A stretch of 64,000 nucleotides of DNA, from assembly GCF_964204645.1 (NCBI RefSeq), contig NC_134025.1:24966299-25030298 (forward strand), read 5' to 3'. How positions within the stretch are numbered: position 1 is the first letter of the stretch; each line of letters begins with the position of its first letter. Both the position numbers and the translations under genes were made by a program. The notes below the pieces were generated by a model. It was not told the origin of the DNA, did not search any database, and saw nothing but the letters and a program-made list of their open reading frames with translations. Of the stretch, positions 52,332-64,000 are shown one piece after another. Source of the DNA: Tubulanus polymorphus (lineage: Eukaryota > Animalia > Nemertea).

Positions 52332-55071
52332 GGTTCAAAATGTATTAGTATCTATATTCGACAAATCAATCGAGTTCCTACACTACGGTACTGCGTTATA
52401 TCGGTATAAAAATCTAGATGTAGATTGTAATGAATAAAAAGTTTAACACCAGAAGAGAAACAAATTCTCGGTGAGAAAAGAAACAAGGCCACCACGGGTT
52501 TACAGTAGCTAAACACCAACTTGTTTAACAGGTACACTTTTAGTCTGATAAGAAAGTTGGTCTATGTGGTAGCTTTTTGCAGCGCACCCGCTAGAAAACA
52601 CTAGACTTTGTAGAGAGGAAACCGTTCAAGCAATGATCGTGCTTTTGATTGGAACTACTGGGGGATCTATTTGCAGTAAATTATCGCGTCAACACTCCGG
52701 TAACCGGAGAATGCTTATACTCCGAGAAGATGAACATACACCTCTTCTCTTTGCACTGGAGAAACTGACTGCCTACATGTTCTCCGTTAGATAAAAGTCC
52801 ATTCAGATTTTATGGATTTAGACGATAGAGTCTACGGTGGAAGAACGAAAGAACATAAGGCCAGGCGATATCAAGGAAAGATCGTTATCCTCGACTTGCT
52901 GGAAAAGCGTAAACTGGCTCTAATTGCCGTACGAATATTTTGAATAGTGCCATTGACAGCAAGCTCCCAGGTAATAACCCATCTCTATGAGAACATTGCA
53001 GACACACTTTCTCATGGTGGTTTGCCAACAAGATCGAGGAAGGTCTACAAACTAGTCGACGTGGTGTATGAAAGAAATATTATGCAGATGGTTGGTAGTA
53101 CTATAAACATAAATGAACGTCAGGTTTTTCAGGCGTATTTGTGTTGAACACTTTCCGGTGGTTGTTACATTCGTAACTAGTTTTCAGGAACTAAATAGCT
53201 GAAAGAAAATTGTTTTTGTGCTATTTTCAAGCAAAATTTCCAACGTTCCGATAAACAGATGGCTATATGTTTTATAACACTTTAACCGGAGAAAATATCC
53301 CAATGATTGACTTTGATCAATAACGTTGCAACTAATGCTAATCTAAACTCTTGAGAAAGCTGCTTTTACGGCAAGATCGGAATGAAGTGCAATGATTGAT
53401 TAGTCAATCTGATCCGTTGCCGGTTCCCAAGTTTTAGAATGTGGCCTATGTTTTAAATATTGATAAAGACCAAAAATTCAGTCTTTATGAATTTTTGTAA
53501 AGACCCATATCATTCACTCCTTCCTACTCCCAAATAGGCTTTTACATATCCATTGACTGCGCAGGAATTAAACCTTGGAAAGTGAATAAAAAGTAGTACA
53601 TGGATCGTGCATCCTATGTAGTTTTCTAATTATTTGTTTCCTGTTTCCACCCAGTGTTACGAAAAGATAAAATGTCAGTCACATTCAACGCAAGTATTTC
53701 CTCTTTTAATAAAAGGCTAAAAATATTGATACATTGTTTCTCATTTCTGCTGAGCTTAAAAGTTGACCTTAATATATAAAAATTATGATCAAACTAACAA
53801 TTACAGACCTGGCCGTTATAGAAATGAACTGATAACAAATTTGATTGCAGTTTACAAACAATGACCCAGCCGATTAGGAGAAACAAGGTAGGATTTTTTT
53901 GCCTCAAAGCCTTCGATTGTAATGGCACGCGTTGAGGGGATTTTCATGAGCAGTGTAATAAAAATCAAAGAACCGAAGAACAGAGTATGCCGGATTCTTT
54001 CATGATTGTGTTTTCGACTAATAAGAAATCATTTTTAAAACGTTTGATCTAGCGTAGTCAGAGAAACTGAACATATGAGTAATAAGTAGAATCAATGGAG
54101 CTTAGGACAAAAGACGGCGGACGTTTCTTTTGAAGGCATAAGCACCTATTCTATTAGATAGATATATTTTGGGATATGGCCCTATTTCTATTGTGTTGTT
54201 TTTAGTATACTAACCACAAACTTTCCATGAATAGATGACACGTACATATATACTATCCTAACGCTTGTGTGATAAATATTTTTCATAGGATGAAATATCC
54301 CTTCCTGCTCTGTGTTAAAAATAAAGCAAACATATCGTAAATACGAATGACTAGATGAATGGAGCTGATAAAAACTCGCCCATATCTTATCAACAGGTTT
54401 TTCTATTTCTTGAACATATTTCTGAGATATTTTCACTCGCGGTCCCTCGATCTTGTAGTAAGATTTTCCACTCGTTCGAATGAGTAACTTCGGTATGCAA
54501 CATGCAGAACCGTAGTATACACATCACCTGTTTTTATAACCAAAGGAATCGCGGGTAAAGGGAGAATTTCAGATGTTTTCTCCCGTTCGACTTTTCTCGA
54601 CAACCGATAGGCTAACCACCGCTTTTGTTTGCACACCATGTCATGTTTTCGTGGTCCAGGTACCTGTTAGATAACTCGATATATTTTTTTTGAAAAACAC
54701 CTATATCATCAAAGGACCACTGAGTTAAGGCTGATAAGAACTACGCGCATTGATAAAACCGAGTGAGCGTAAAGAGTGTTTAGTTTATTTGCACCTGTAA
54801 AATGAAAAGCAATAGTTATTTTTATGCGTGTTTCATCCTTGGAGAACAGCTGCAAATGAAACTTTAGATATATATTTCATAATTGATAACTTATTCTCGG
54901 TTAGAACCATCCTCTTAACACTGATAAATTTCCAGAAAACTATATATTCCAAGAAAATCAAAACATCTTCATGCATGAGTTCGTCATTTAAGCCTTGATA
55001 TTTTCAATACCATGCATGTTCATCGAAAATCGTTACGTGAGACGAAGAAAAAAGAAAACTTCATATCTTAC

Positions 55072-55577
55072 CTGTAAAACAAAATACCAGCCAGTAACAT
55101 CACTAAGAATCCAGCTCCAGCCACAACTGACCCCACAATAATACTGATCTGTAGCTTGCGCTCCTCGTGAAGAGGCCCCACAGACGGCGAGCTCCACCAT
55201 GTATTCAAACCCCCTCCCGTCCAAAGTTTTATTTCATTCGACCGGGTCGTAACCCAGTTTCTTTCAGTAACCGTTGTATCCTGGATCGATGTACTAGTCC
55301 TGACACTGGTAGTCCACGATTTAGTACAAAATGGGTTTATTAATGTTTGATTCGGACACGATCTTTGTGTGTTGTAAAGTTCTACTTGTTGTTGGACGCA
55401 TTCAGCGTTCATTTTATCAGCTATCAAAAAGTCAGCGATGGGTTTGAGCCATTTCGGCGCGTTCGTGCAGTGCGCGTCCAGACACACTTGTTGTAAAATC
55501 ACTAATAATTCCGGAAAGAATTGAATAAATTCTGGAGGACTGGAAATCTGATCGACACACATTTCGTCGGATTTCAT
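55072..55577 (-). CDS. Exon of a hypothetical single-pass membrane protein (Cys-containing ectodomain, Thr-rich stalk, TM helix)
   Basis: Open exon bounded by TTTCAG| and |GTAAG; ends with hydrophobic IIVGSVVAGAGFLVMLLAGILFYR; upstream phase-0 donor at 55761. Confidence 0.6.
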
Positions 55578-56772
55578 CTGAAATCAGACAATAATTAATT
55601 TCAATAAAAATAGCGAAACAAACACGCAATATACTTTTCATTCTTCATTTAAATGTTATGACACTTATTCTTTATTTAATATTCTTATTTCTTAATTTTT
55701 CTTGGTTTAACGTTGAACATTTTCAATATAGTCATACGATTGCGAGAAAATGTTTATTTACCTTTTTGAAGTAGATTAGCAGCGTACCCAAGTATTCCAG
55801 CGTAAAAGTTTTTCCATCACCGCATGCGTTTGAGTTGGTCTGATTCCAACAACTACACGCGCTGTAGTGAAATTCCCACTAACTTGACTCACCTCCGATG
55901 CAAGGGCACCTCTCATAAATGTGTGCTTCGCCACGGCGATACCCACAGAGTACGAATGCGAAGTGGATCATACTCTTTATTCATTTGTTTAATCGTTAGT
56001 CTGACGACCAGTAGGGTCCCATCAAATGAATTTTTTGTTGTATGATTCATATTCATTATTCCTATGAAAGGTAATTCTATGCAAACATATACTTCCTCAA
56101 AACAAGCTTTTATGTAGCAATCCGACGTTAGGATTATCAGAAAATTACCAAAATGAGTTACTAGTACTCGGTATAGATTAGATGAGATTTATCAACGGAA
56201 CGATGGTATGTTTCCATATAGATTCATGCCTTTACATTACACAACGCATTAATAATCTATTACAGACTCTTTGCGCGTAGAAGATGAAGTCTAGATAAAC
56301 AAAAAGGAAGCCAATATTGTCAAATATTGAATATTGAAATCGCAGATTGTACTTCGCTTATGGGCTGATTAAATTCGATAAGAATATAACCAATATAAAG
56401 TGAATTAAACTAGTAGATTCACAGGTATGAATTATATATGATAGTCGATATACGTCGTCCTGTTAATCGGAAAATTGAACACGTTGAAATTCGAAGCCGC
56501 TTCAAGTCCGTGACTTCTAGAACCGGATCCAGCAAGCGCTGAAGTCAAACACTATCCAATTGCTAAGCTAACTATTCCAGTCGCATTTGCCCGGTCAATA
56601 CCACATCAAATACCGGACACAAGCAACCAGCGGTAACAGAAGCAAATACTTGACCAGCTTCAATGAAGTCCAATGAAGCCATAATCATTTTAGTGATAGC
56701 GATTAGATGTCAGCCAAACGCATTGCGCACCGAGAGTATTTTTCATTCAGAAATTTAAAAACGCCGCGTATA

Positions 56773-58020
56773 ATGAAATCAGTTGTTCTGATAGTGATGA
56801 TATCGGTGTTCTTACACGGAGCGTCTGCTGTGGAATATGAAGCGGGAGGTAAATAAACAAATCATCACTCTGTGTTGTTGGTTTTTTTAGGAAAAATTTT
56901 AGGTAAAATGTTTTTGAAAATGTTTTTATTTTCTTTTTATTCAAAACAGTTTATTTTTTTGAAATTTTATTGTTAGATGTGTTGACGCTGGATCTTGGTG
57001 GTGTTGACAAAGGAGATCAGTCATTCGGAAGCGCGTTGGCGTTGGTTTTTCCGACCGCGAAAATAGCAGAAAACTCGATTTTAACCTCGTACGACTTTTA
57101 CCACAATGGCATATCCCCGAAGTCTGAGTGGTATATCTGCGTATGGAGGAAAGACGTAGGAAATCAAGAAGCATATCCACAATATCAACTGATTGCGCAA
57201 CATCGAATAGTTTCCCAACCCGGGTTCAATCACGTTAATATATCGAAGGATTCGTGGTCAAGAGTGGAAAAAGACGACGTCTTTGGAATTTATGGCAGGC
57301 ACGCGACCATTCCGGTATCGGATATTATCACTTTCAATATGACATCCTGCGGTACGATGTCATGTTTAAAAGCTGAAATGTTAGCTGGTCCTCGGTATTT
57401 TAATGTAGGTGATTTGATTCAGCCGACCGACGGAGTTTTTCACTTGACCATCCCGTTTCGTTTTTACCTACACGTTGGTGATCATGCTTACGACACAAGT
57501 TTGATATCGTTTCCAGACCCGAAAGCAGGTACGTTCACTTAAAAAAATAGAGGCGGAGATAGATTTCCATTTTGTTTAATTGACAGTTACAGAAGAAGAA
57601 ACTGCTCCATGTTACTGTTAATAACTTCAACTGCTTGATTTTCATTTTTTGTTGTTGTAAGGACAAAACAAGAACTGGGTATTACTATGTTAATCTTTGA
57701 AAAATCTATTGAAGATCAGTTTATCAACATTTGTTACTTTCAAGTTACTCATTCTCTTCTTTCCAATAGCGGCTGGTGTGTTGTATGGGTACTACCCGGG
57801 GGAAGCTCTAAGAACTCATCAACCATTCAATAAATTCACAACAGATTGGAGAAGCAAGTGTATTTTCAGGTGTCAACAACTTGAAACTTGTTCAGTCATT
57901 TCTTACAACCGCACTGCTAAGATCTGCAGTTTTTACAACATCTCACAGTCCGATGAAATGATGTTCTCTCGAAATGACCTGGATACAGATTTGATCACCA
58001 CACTCGAAAAAATTGTTTGA
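56773..58020 (+). CDS. Secreted protein with C-terminal PAN/apple-like domain (exons 56773-56848, 56977-57528, 57770-58020)
   Basis: Signal peptide MKSVVLIVMISVFLHGASA; two phase-1 GT-AG introns keep the frame; last exon has CIFRCQQLETCSVISYNRTAKICSFY (C-x3-C-x5-C...YN...C pattern of PAN/apple). Confidence 0.75.
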
Positions 58021-58888
58021 TTTGTCCGACTGAGTATCAATGACCAAAATAATCTCGGTGACGTTCTCTCACAAATCTGAACCTTTGTAGTGAAATTTGG
58101 ACTCACAATTTGTAACAATGTAATAAATACGCATTGTAAATGTCTTGTTAACTCTGATGTTAATAAATTTCTTCGTAATAAAATAGTTTTGATCTGTGTT
58201 TTTCGAAGGAAGCGCCGCGCCATGCTCTAAAGTCAATTAGGCTCTTAATTTTTGCAGCAGCGTGTAGGAGCGGCGGCGCGCGGCCTCGCTAGGCGAATAA
58301 TTGGAAGCTTAGGCCTTCCCCGTGTCTTACCCATTTTCTTCATCAGTACCCTTTACTGATCCACAGGGTATTCATTACTATAAATGTTATAGTATTTACT
58401 ACTATAAATATCTATTTATCGTTATCACCTCAATCCGCGCATGAGGACAAAAAACGCGCGACATGACGTGTAATGACATGAAGGTCCGATCCAGTAGTCC
58501 AACTCTGTTACCGATGTTTTATCTAAACCAGGAAGTAAAATAAACTTTACAACTCTTAAATGAATTAAATTAATCATAATTACTCTTTTAAGCGACGAGT
58601 AAACAAGTTTAAAGCTACTGGATAATTAAAAGGTAATTTACTGCAGTATCACGATAAAAGTTAACTGCATTCAGTGCTTTTGAGTCTCATAAACAGACGA
58701 GAGAGAAGACATACCGATTCCAAAAGTCAAAGTCAAATATATTTTATTTCTCATGTATATATATTTTATTGTATATCAACGCAAACACGAGGCTGTGATA
58801 AGTGATCCGACAGAGCTTTACAGTAAAAGTAACAATCTGTGGTAACAAATCATAGAATTTTTTTCTTTATCAGATTTCAAAATTGAAA

Positions 58889-61800
58889 ATGAAAATCGCG
58901 GTTGAAGGCTGCGCTCATGGAGAACTGGATAAGATCTACGATACGATCGCTTATCTTGAAAAGAAAGAGAATATCACTGTCGATTTGCTTTTATGCTGTG
59001 GTGACTTTCAGGCAGTTCGTAATACAGCCGACCTGCAGTGTATGGCAGTCCCACCAAAATATCAACTAATGAACAGTTTTTACAAGTGAGTTATAGAAGC
59101 CAATGCCATATGAAATTTGTAATTTGATTTAAGAGGAATCTACTGTAAATAAATATAGGGTTAGGATGTCTATTCTAGAGGGTTGACTGAGGAATTCAGG
59201 GGCGGATCTAGAGCCCAATTTAGGGGGGGGCAATTAATAAATGTAGCTATGATGATACTGTATTGACACCGAGCGACGTAGGCGCAAAACGTTCCTACGC
59301 TTTGCGACGAGGCGCGAAGCCCCTGCGGGGGGTTTTGGGGGTCCTCCCCCAGAAAATTTTTGAAATTTTACTCTGTTTTGGGGCCATTTCCTGCATTCTG
59401 AGGCAAGAATTCATGACAAATACTTTCCCCTTTTCTGCTGCTGATAAACTAAAACAAAGGGATTAATTTTCATTTAAAACTGCGTATATCCATCACAGCA
59501 ATTCATTTCCTGAACATCTTCACCCGTCAAAGGATTCGAACCCACTACGCTAAAGCTGTTCGCCGAACTGGTGGAAGCGAGTTCGGGAGTGATACCGGAC
59601 CCCTGGCAAGCGAGGATGCTTCCTGAACGGTTCCATGATGTTCCGGTGCGTGTGAACTCGACTGCCATGGCACAGCGTGGCGTTAATATTAAGCGAGTGG
59701 CGGGCGGTCGGTCGAAAAAAAAGATCTTCACTTAAAGGAGGGAGGGGGCCCGGGCTCCCCGGGCCCCCTCCCTAGATCCGCGCCTGGATTTCTGACGAAG
59801 TTTATGTATTGCTTTAATCTCAATAGATAATAGATTATATTTTGAAATTTTAGATATTATTCGGGAGAGAAAAAGGCGCCCATACTGACTGTATTCATCG
59901 GAGGAAATCATGAAGCTTCCAATTATTTACAAGAGTTACCTTATGGTGGCTGGGTTGCACCTAACATCTACTATTTAGGTATTATATATATTTCACTTCA
60001 TGCAGAGAAGGATTTTAGCATGTCTTCAAAACCTACTATCTATTTACTTTCTTCTTTGGTACAAAGGCTATGCTGGAATTATTCGATTTGGAGGAATCAG
60101 AATTGGTGGCCTGTCTGGTATATTCAAGCCTCAAGATTACGTCAAAGGTATGAATATTTGAAGTTCCTTTTTGAGAAATTGTGAATTTTCATTCTGTAAT
60201 TTTGTTGGTTTGTATTGTTCTTATCGTTCCAGGACATTTCGAGCGTCCTCCGTATGATAACAGTTCCAAAAGAAGCGCTTATCACGTGCGAAATATTGAA
60301 GTTTTCCGACTGAAGCAGGTAACTGTTACGAAATTCGCATTATCATCATTGATAAGATTGTATGCACTGGTGAATTTTTTTTATTCATTTTCTTTCTATA
60401 GATACGAACACCAATTGATATTCTTATGTCTCACGATTGGCCGAGGGGTATTTATAACTATGGAAACGTTAACCAGTTACTACGAAAAAAGTCTTTCTTC
60501 AGAGAAGAAGTGGAAAGTAATCAGTTAGGAAGTCCGGCTGCTGCGGAGTTACTTTATAAACTCAAACCAACGTTTTGGTTTTCTGCTCACCTTCATGTGA
60601 AGTTCCCAGTTGTTGTAGAACATAAAGTAAGTAAATGTCCAATATCTTTGAGATACAAATTTGTGAAAGGGCCTTTGAAATAAAAATGATGTATACACGT
60701 ATCCAGAAATTGCTGTTTCATCGTTTGACTTTGATTACAGAATGATGATGAGTCGACACAAAAAACTAATTTTCTAGCCCTTGATAAGTGCCTGCCCAAC
60801 CGAGATTTTCTACAGGTAAATAGATAACATTGAAGATTCAATCAAACACACATTTCTATTTATCTCTGGGTTGTCAATTATTATCTTTGTCTATTAGGTA
60901 TTTGATTTTCCTCGGGATGAGAAAGTCAATGTAAAGGACTTGAAATTGGAACTCGATCCTGAATGGTTAGCAGTTCTCAAATCAACCAATCACTTATTTG
61001 ATGTAACACGTAAGAGTAACTACATGCCGGGCCCGGGTTCAGATGAAAGGTATGCGTGCCTAATACTTCGATTTTAGCACCGCTTTTTCGCTTCCGTTTC
61101 TAAATCATATGTTCTAATCGTAGGTGGATGTTTACTCCGACGGAAGAAGAGATTTCATCGATAAAAGAAGATTTTGGCGATGACTTCACTATCCCCGAAA
61201 ATTTCGCGAAGACTGTACCTGCTTATGATCCTAAGAATCCGCATGTGAAAGTTGCGTCTGCTGCGATTCATCTGAATCCGCAAACCGAATTAATTTGTGC
61301 GATGCTCAATTTAACGAATCCTAATTCGGTATTTTTGGGTAAAAGCAACGGTTACAATTTGACGGACATCGTTTCAAACCCGGGAGAAATCTCGATAACC
61401 GAGGACGACGACGACGTACCCGACGACAACGATGAAGAATTTGCCAGTTTCATCGTCACGCCGACGAAACTGATTATAAATCCGGCCGAAATATCCGTCC
61501 ACGAAGGCGAAAATAATGACGACGATAACGAAGACACTGAAACGACAGATATTTCAACGACCGAATCGACGGGTGGCGACGTCAGCTACTCGGACGCTTC
61601 TTTTGAGGAGTTGAACAGTTCGCGAGAATCGACGAATTCTTTTAATTCCAGTTTATCGCTACCGAAAGTGAAAAATGACACTTTTGATGACGATTCGTCG
61701 AAATTAGAAATATCTTTTTCGGCTGCCGAAGTAAATTTATCAAATTCGTTGTTGGCGTCGTCGAAAGAAATTGGAGATGATGACCATCGCGATTCTGTTA

Positions 61801-61919
61801 GTGAAGAGAAATCTGAAGTGCGTTCTAGATCGAATAGTGGGTCGGAGCCTCCAGTTAAAAGAGTGTTTAAACGCCGCAATATGGCTGTGTTCAATTGTTC
61901 CGGGGACGATTCTCAATAA
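58889..61919 (+). CDS. DBR1: Lariat debranching enzyme (metallophosphoesterase), about 8 coding exons
   Basis: [89 protein letters not shown]; acidic tail and C-terminal basic KRVFKRRN. All recalled catalytic motifs are intact. Confidence 0.97.
59197..59786. mobile_element. MITE-like non-autonomous DNA transposon in DBR1 first coding intron
   Basis: Left CAGGGGCGGATCTAG (59197-59211); right CTAGATCCGCGCCTG (59772-59786), 14/15 inverted match; GC-rich interior; no clear target-site duplication. Confidence 0.8.
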
Positions 61920-62489
61920 CATTCGAATAATTGTTTTGTTGACGACTTCGCTTGGATTTTGTGAAGTTAGTTTTGGACTTGCTGAAAGTTTCATGTGTTG
62001 TTGAAAATTTCGTTGTTTAGTTGAGTTAACGAGAATGATATGCATTTCTTTTGATTCTTGCATTTATGAAAATATTGAAAAATATGTGTGCCTGTATCAC
62101 CGAGTTAATTAATTTTTGGAATAGAAAATGATATCAAAGTAATCATTGAATAATTATCAAGTTGTTTTGCAAATGAGCATGATGCATGGCAGTTGACTGT
62201 GTATATATCATCATAGAAATTTAAATGATGAATGTTTTATATTTTTTTTATAGCTGAGATCATGGGAACAAATATAAAGATGGAGATGAATTAATTTATC
62301 AATCGTATTATCTTCTTGTTTGATTTTTGGATTCTATTGCTAGTCTTCAAAGTAGCTGGGATTCGAACCTGACAACGTCTCGGGATATTTTATTTCCGAT
62401 GGAGTCCTGTAGATGGCAGCGTCTCCTGGTCATTGTTTATTGATTACTACCAGCATAACAAAAAAGACCAATACTATGGAAGACCTCAG

Positions 62490-62570
62490 ACGACATACGA
62501 GATATGAGATATAACATACGCGATATGAGATGCAACATACGAGATACGACATATGACATACGAGATACGA
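62490..62570. repeat. Degenerate 7-bp-unit minisatellite (GACATAC/GAGATAT) with about 21-bp higher-order period
   Basis: GACATACGAGATATGAGATATAACATACGCGATATGAGATGCAACATACGAGATACGACATATGACATACGAGATACGAC. Confidence 0.8.
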
Positions 62571-64000
62571 CTTATTTACAGTACGGGTCGGGTGTCCGCC
62601 CGCTAGCGCCACCGCAGTGTGTATTTTTCAACATCTACTCGGCGTTGCGGCGTATACTACGACACGTGTGCAGGCAGTGGCGTATACATTAACTATGAAT
62701 ATCAATATGCGAAAAACGTTTCATTTGAAACGAAAAACATTTAGAAATATTCGATCAACCACTCCCGGGGACCGGCTTCTCGCTGTGACGTCATTGGGCC
62801 ACTCTTAGTGTGAGACACCGATGGTCCAGTGATTCGAGTTGGCTCCAAATACGGGGCTACAGCCCCTAAATCCACCAAAAACGCCTCAAATTCCATTTTT
62901 GAGTGTACAAAAATCCCTCAAAAAGAGTTAGCCATGCCCCCTTCAAATTGGTGGTCACTAAGAATTGCGCCTAGTCAAGGGTTTAAACTTCCCGTTCGAT
63001 CGATGGTTTTCGATGAAAAATGAAAGATGTATGTATATTACGAATGCCGATGACCAAAGAGTTAAAAAAAAGTCCGACACACGCGGAATCTGTGTTTAGT
63101 GTACTATGATTTCAACGAATGAATTGAAACATGGACATGAATTAAAAATACTAAAGATAACATAAATCTATTGAATGAATTATTCATTAAATATCAGAAT
63201 GGAGTTCCATTGTATCACTCTCAGCTCCTGGCCCTAGTCCAGCTGATTTCATTTATCACGACGTTTTTTGCGACGGGTGCAAACGCACCATACGAGCAAC
63301 GTTCCGGTGTTCCGCTAATTCCCCTGTCTAAAGAAATGTTACTTGATATTTCCATGGATCTCTACAAATGTAAGAGCTGTTGTGTTTTGCTGAAGACTTA
63401 TTTATGTGGTTCCTGTACTTTTGTCAATAAACAGTTTTAAAACTGGTCATGATAATTGATAAGAATGATCTTAAATTGGATTCTCCGATTATGAAAATTA
63501 TTCAGATTCAGCCATTGGCCCTTTTCATGAAAGATGTCAGAAAAGAAAGATAGCCAAAAAGCCCTCAGAATACACAAGTACCTAAATTGAAAAAATTTTC
63601 AGGGGAGGACCCCAGACTATGGCTTCAGAAAGACAGTGCCGCATACTGCCCTGACGGTTAGCGAAAACTGGCCAGTCTCGACTCTCAATGGCTGGTCTAG
63701 TGGACTCACCAGTCTGCCCCGGTAGCTCGATAGGGATGGAATTTAGCTGGGGATTTCAAACCTTGAGAGAGAGCACGGGAGTTCTTAATCTGGATACCAG
63801 GGCGATGTACGGGTTCCCGGGTTGTTTGGGATTCAAGAACTCAGGCAGGGGTGTCAAACAGCGGAGGAGGGGTACAAGGGGGCCGGGATTTCCGGCTGCG
63901 GAGTTTTTTTTAGAATTTTGATTTCTGATGCAGAAAAGCAGGCGGTTACGGCGGGCGGTGAACAGTAGTTATTTTTTCTGCAGGCATTGAGTAACCGGAA

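Noticed and set aside
58790-58802. TATCACAGCC on the minus strand resembling the miR-2 family 5' end
   Set aside because: The rest does not match the mature miRNA and no precursor hairpin is evident.
61352-62063. Antisense ORFs over the DBR1 last exon (and similar ones over Claspin, ARMC2 and Popeye exons)
   Set aside because: Shadow ORFs of acidic or low-complexity coding sequence on the opposite strand.
62355-62390. tRNA-like T-arm/B-box (GGTTCGAATCCC, minus strand); similar motifs near 18418 and 59532
   Set aside because: No acceptor stem or cloverleaf; at most SINE remnants, not tRNA genes.
62490-62570. Short repeats considered as a CRISPR-like array (also 17717-17766)
   Set aside because: Contiguous tandem units without unique spacers, eukaryotic context, no cas genes.

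Overview
AT-rich, intron-dense eukaryotic (animal) DNA with short 70-150 nt introns, probably an invertebrate bilaterian (inference; species not determinable). Nothing prokaryotic, no CRISPR, rRNA or intact tRNA. Gene order: 3' part of ORC3 (+, last intron is U12-type); three intact intronless FMRFamide-receptor-like class A GPCR paralogues (+,-,+) plus a decayed composite pseudogene; a BVES/POPDC1-like gene (-); about 19 kb with no recognisable coding exons; a POPDC2/3-like gene (-); ARMC2 (+); Claspin (-); one or two unrecognised minus-strand genes (51.7-56.0 kb); a secreted PAN/apple-domain gene (+); DBR1 (+). Several MITE-like insertions are present. The most interesting observations are (i) the GPCR cluster, where two head-to-head copies share a 229/230-nt identical inverted tract, copy 3 is a mosaic and copy 1 has lost its TM7 tyrosine, and (ii) a POPDC3-like -> BVES-like tandem in the same order and orientation as on human 6q21. 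I did not find a clearly new biological system; the GPCR inversion/conversion cassette is the best candidate and remains a hypothesis. Exon boundaries were read by eye and gene identities rest on remembered motifs, not database searches.
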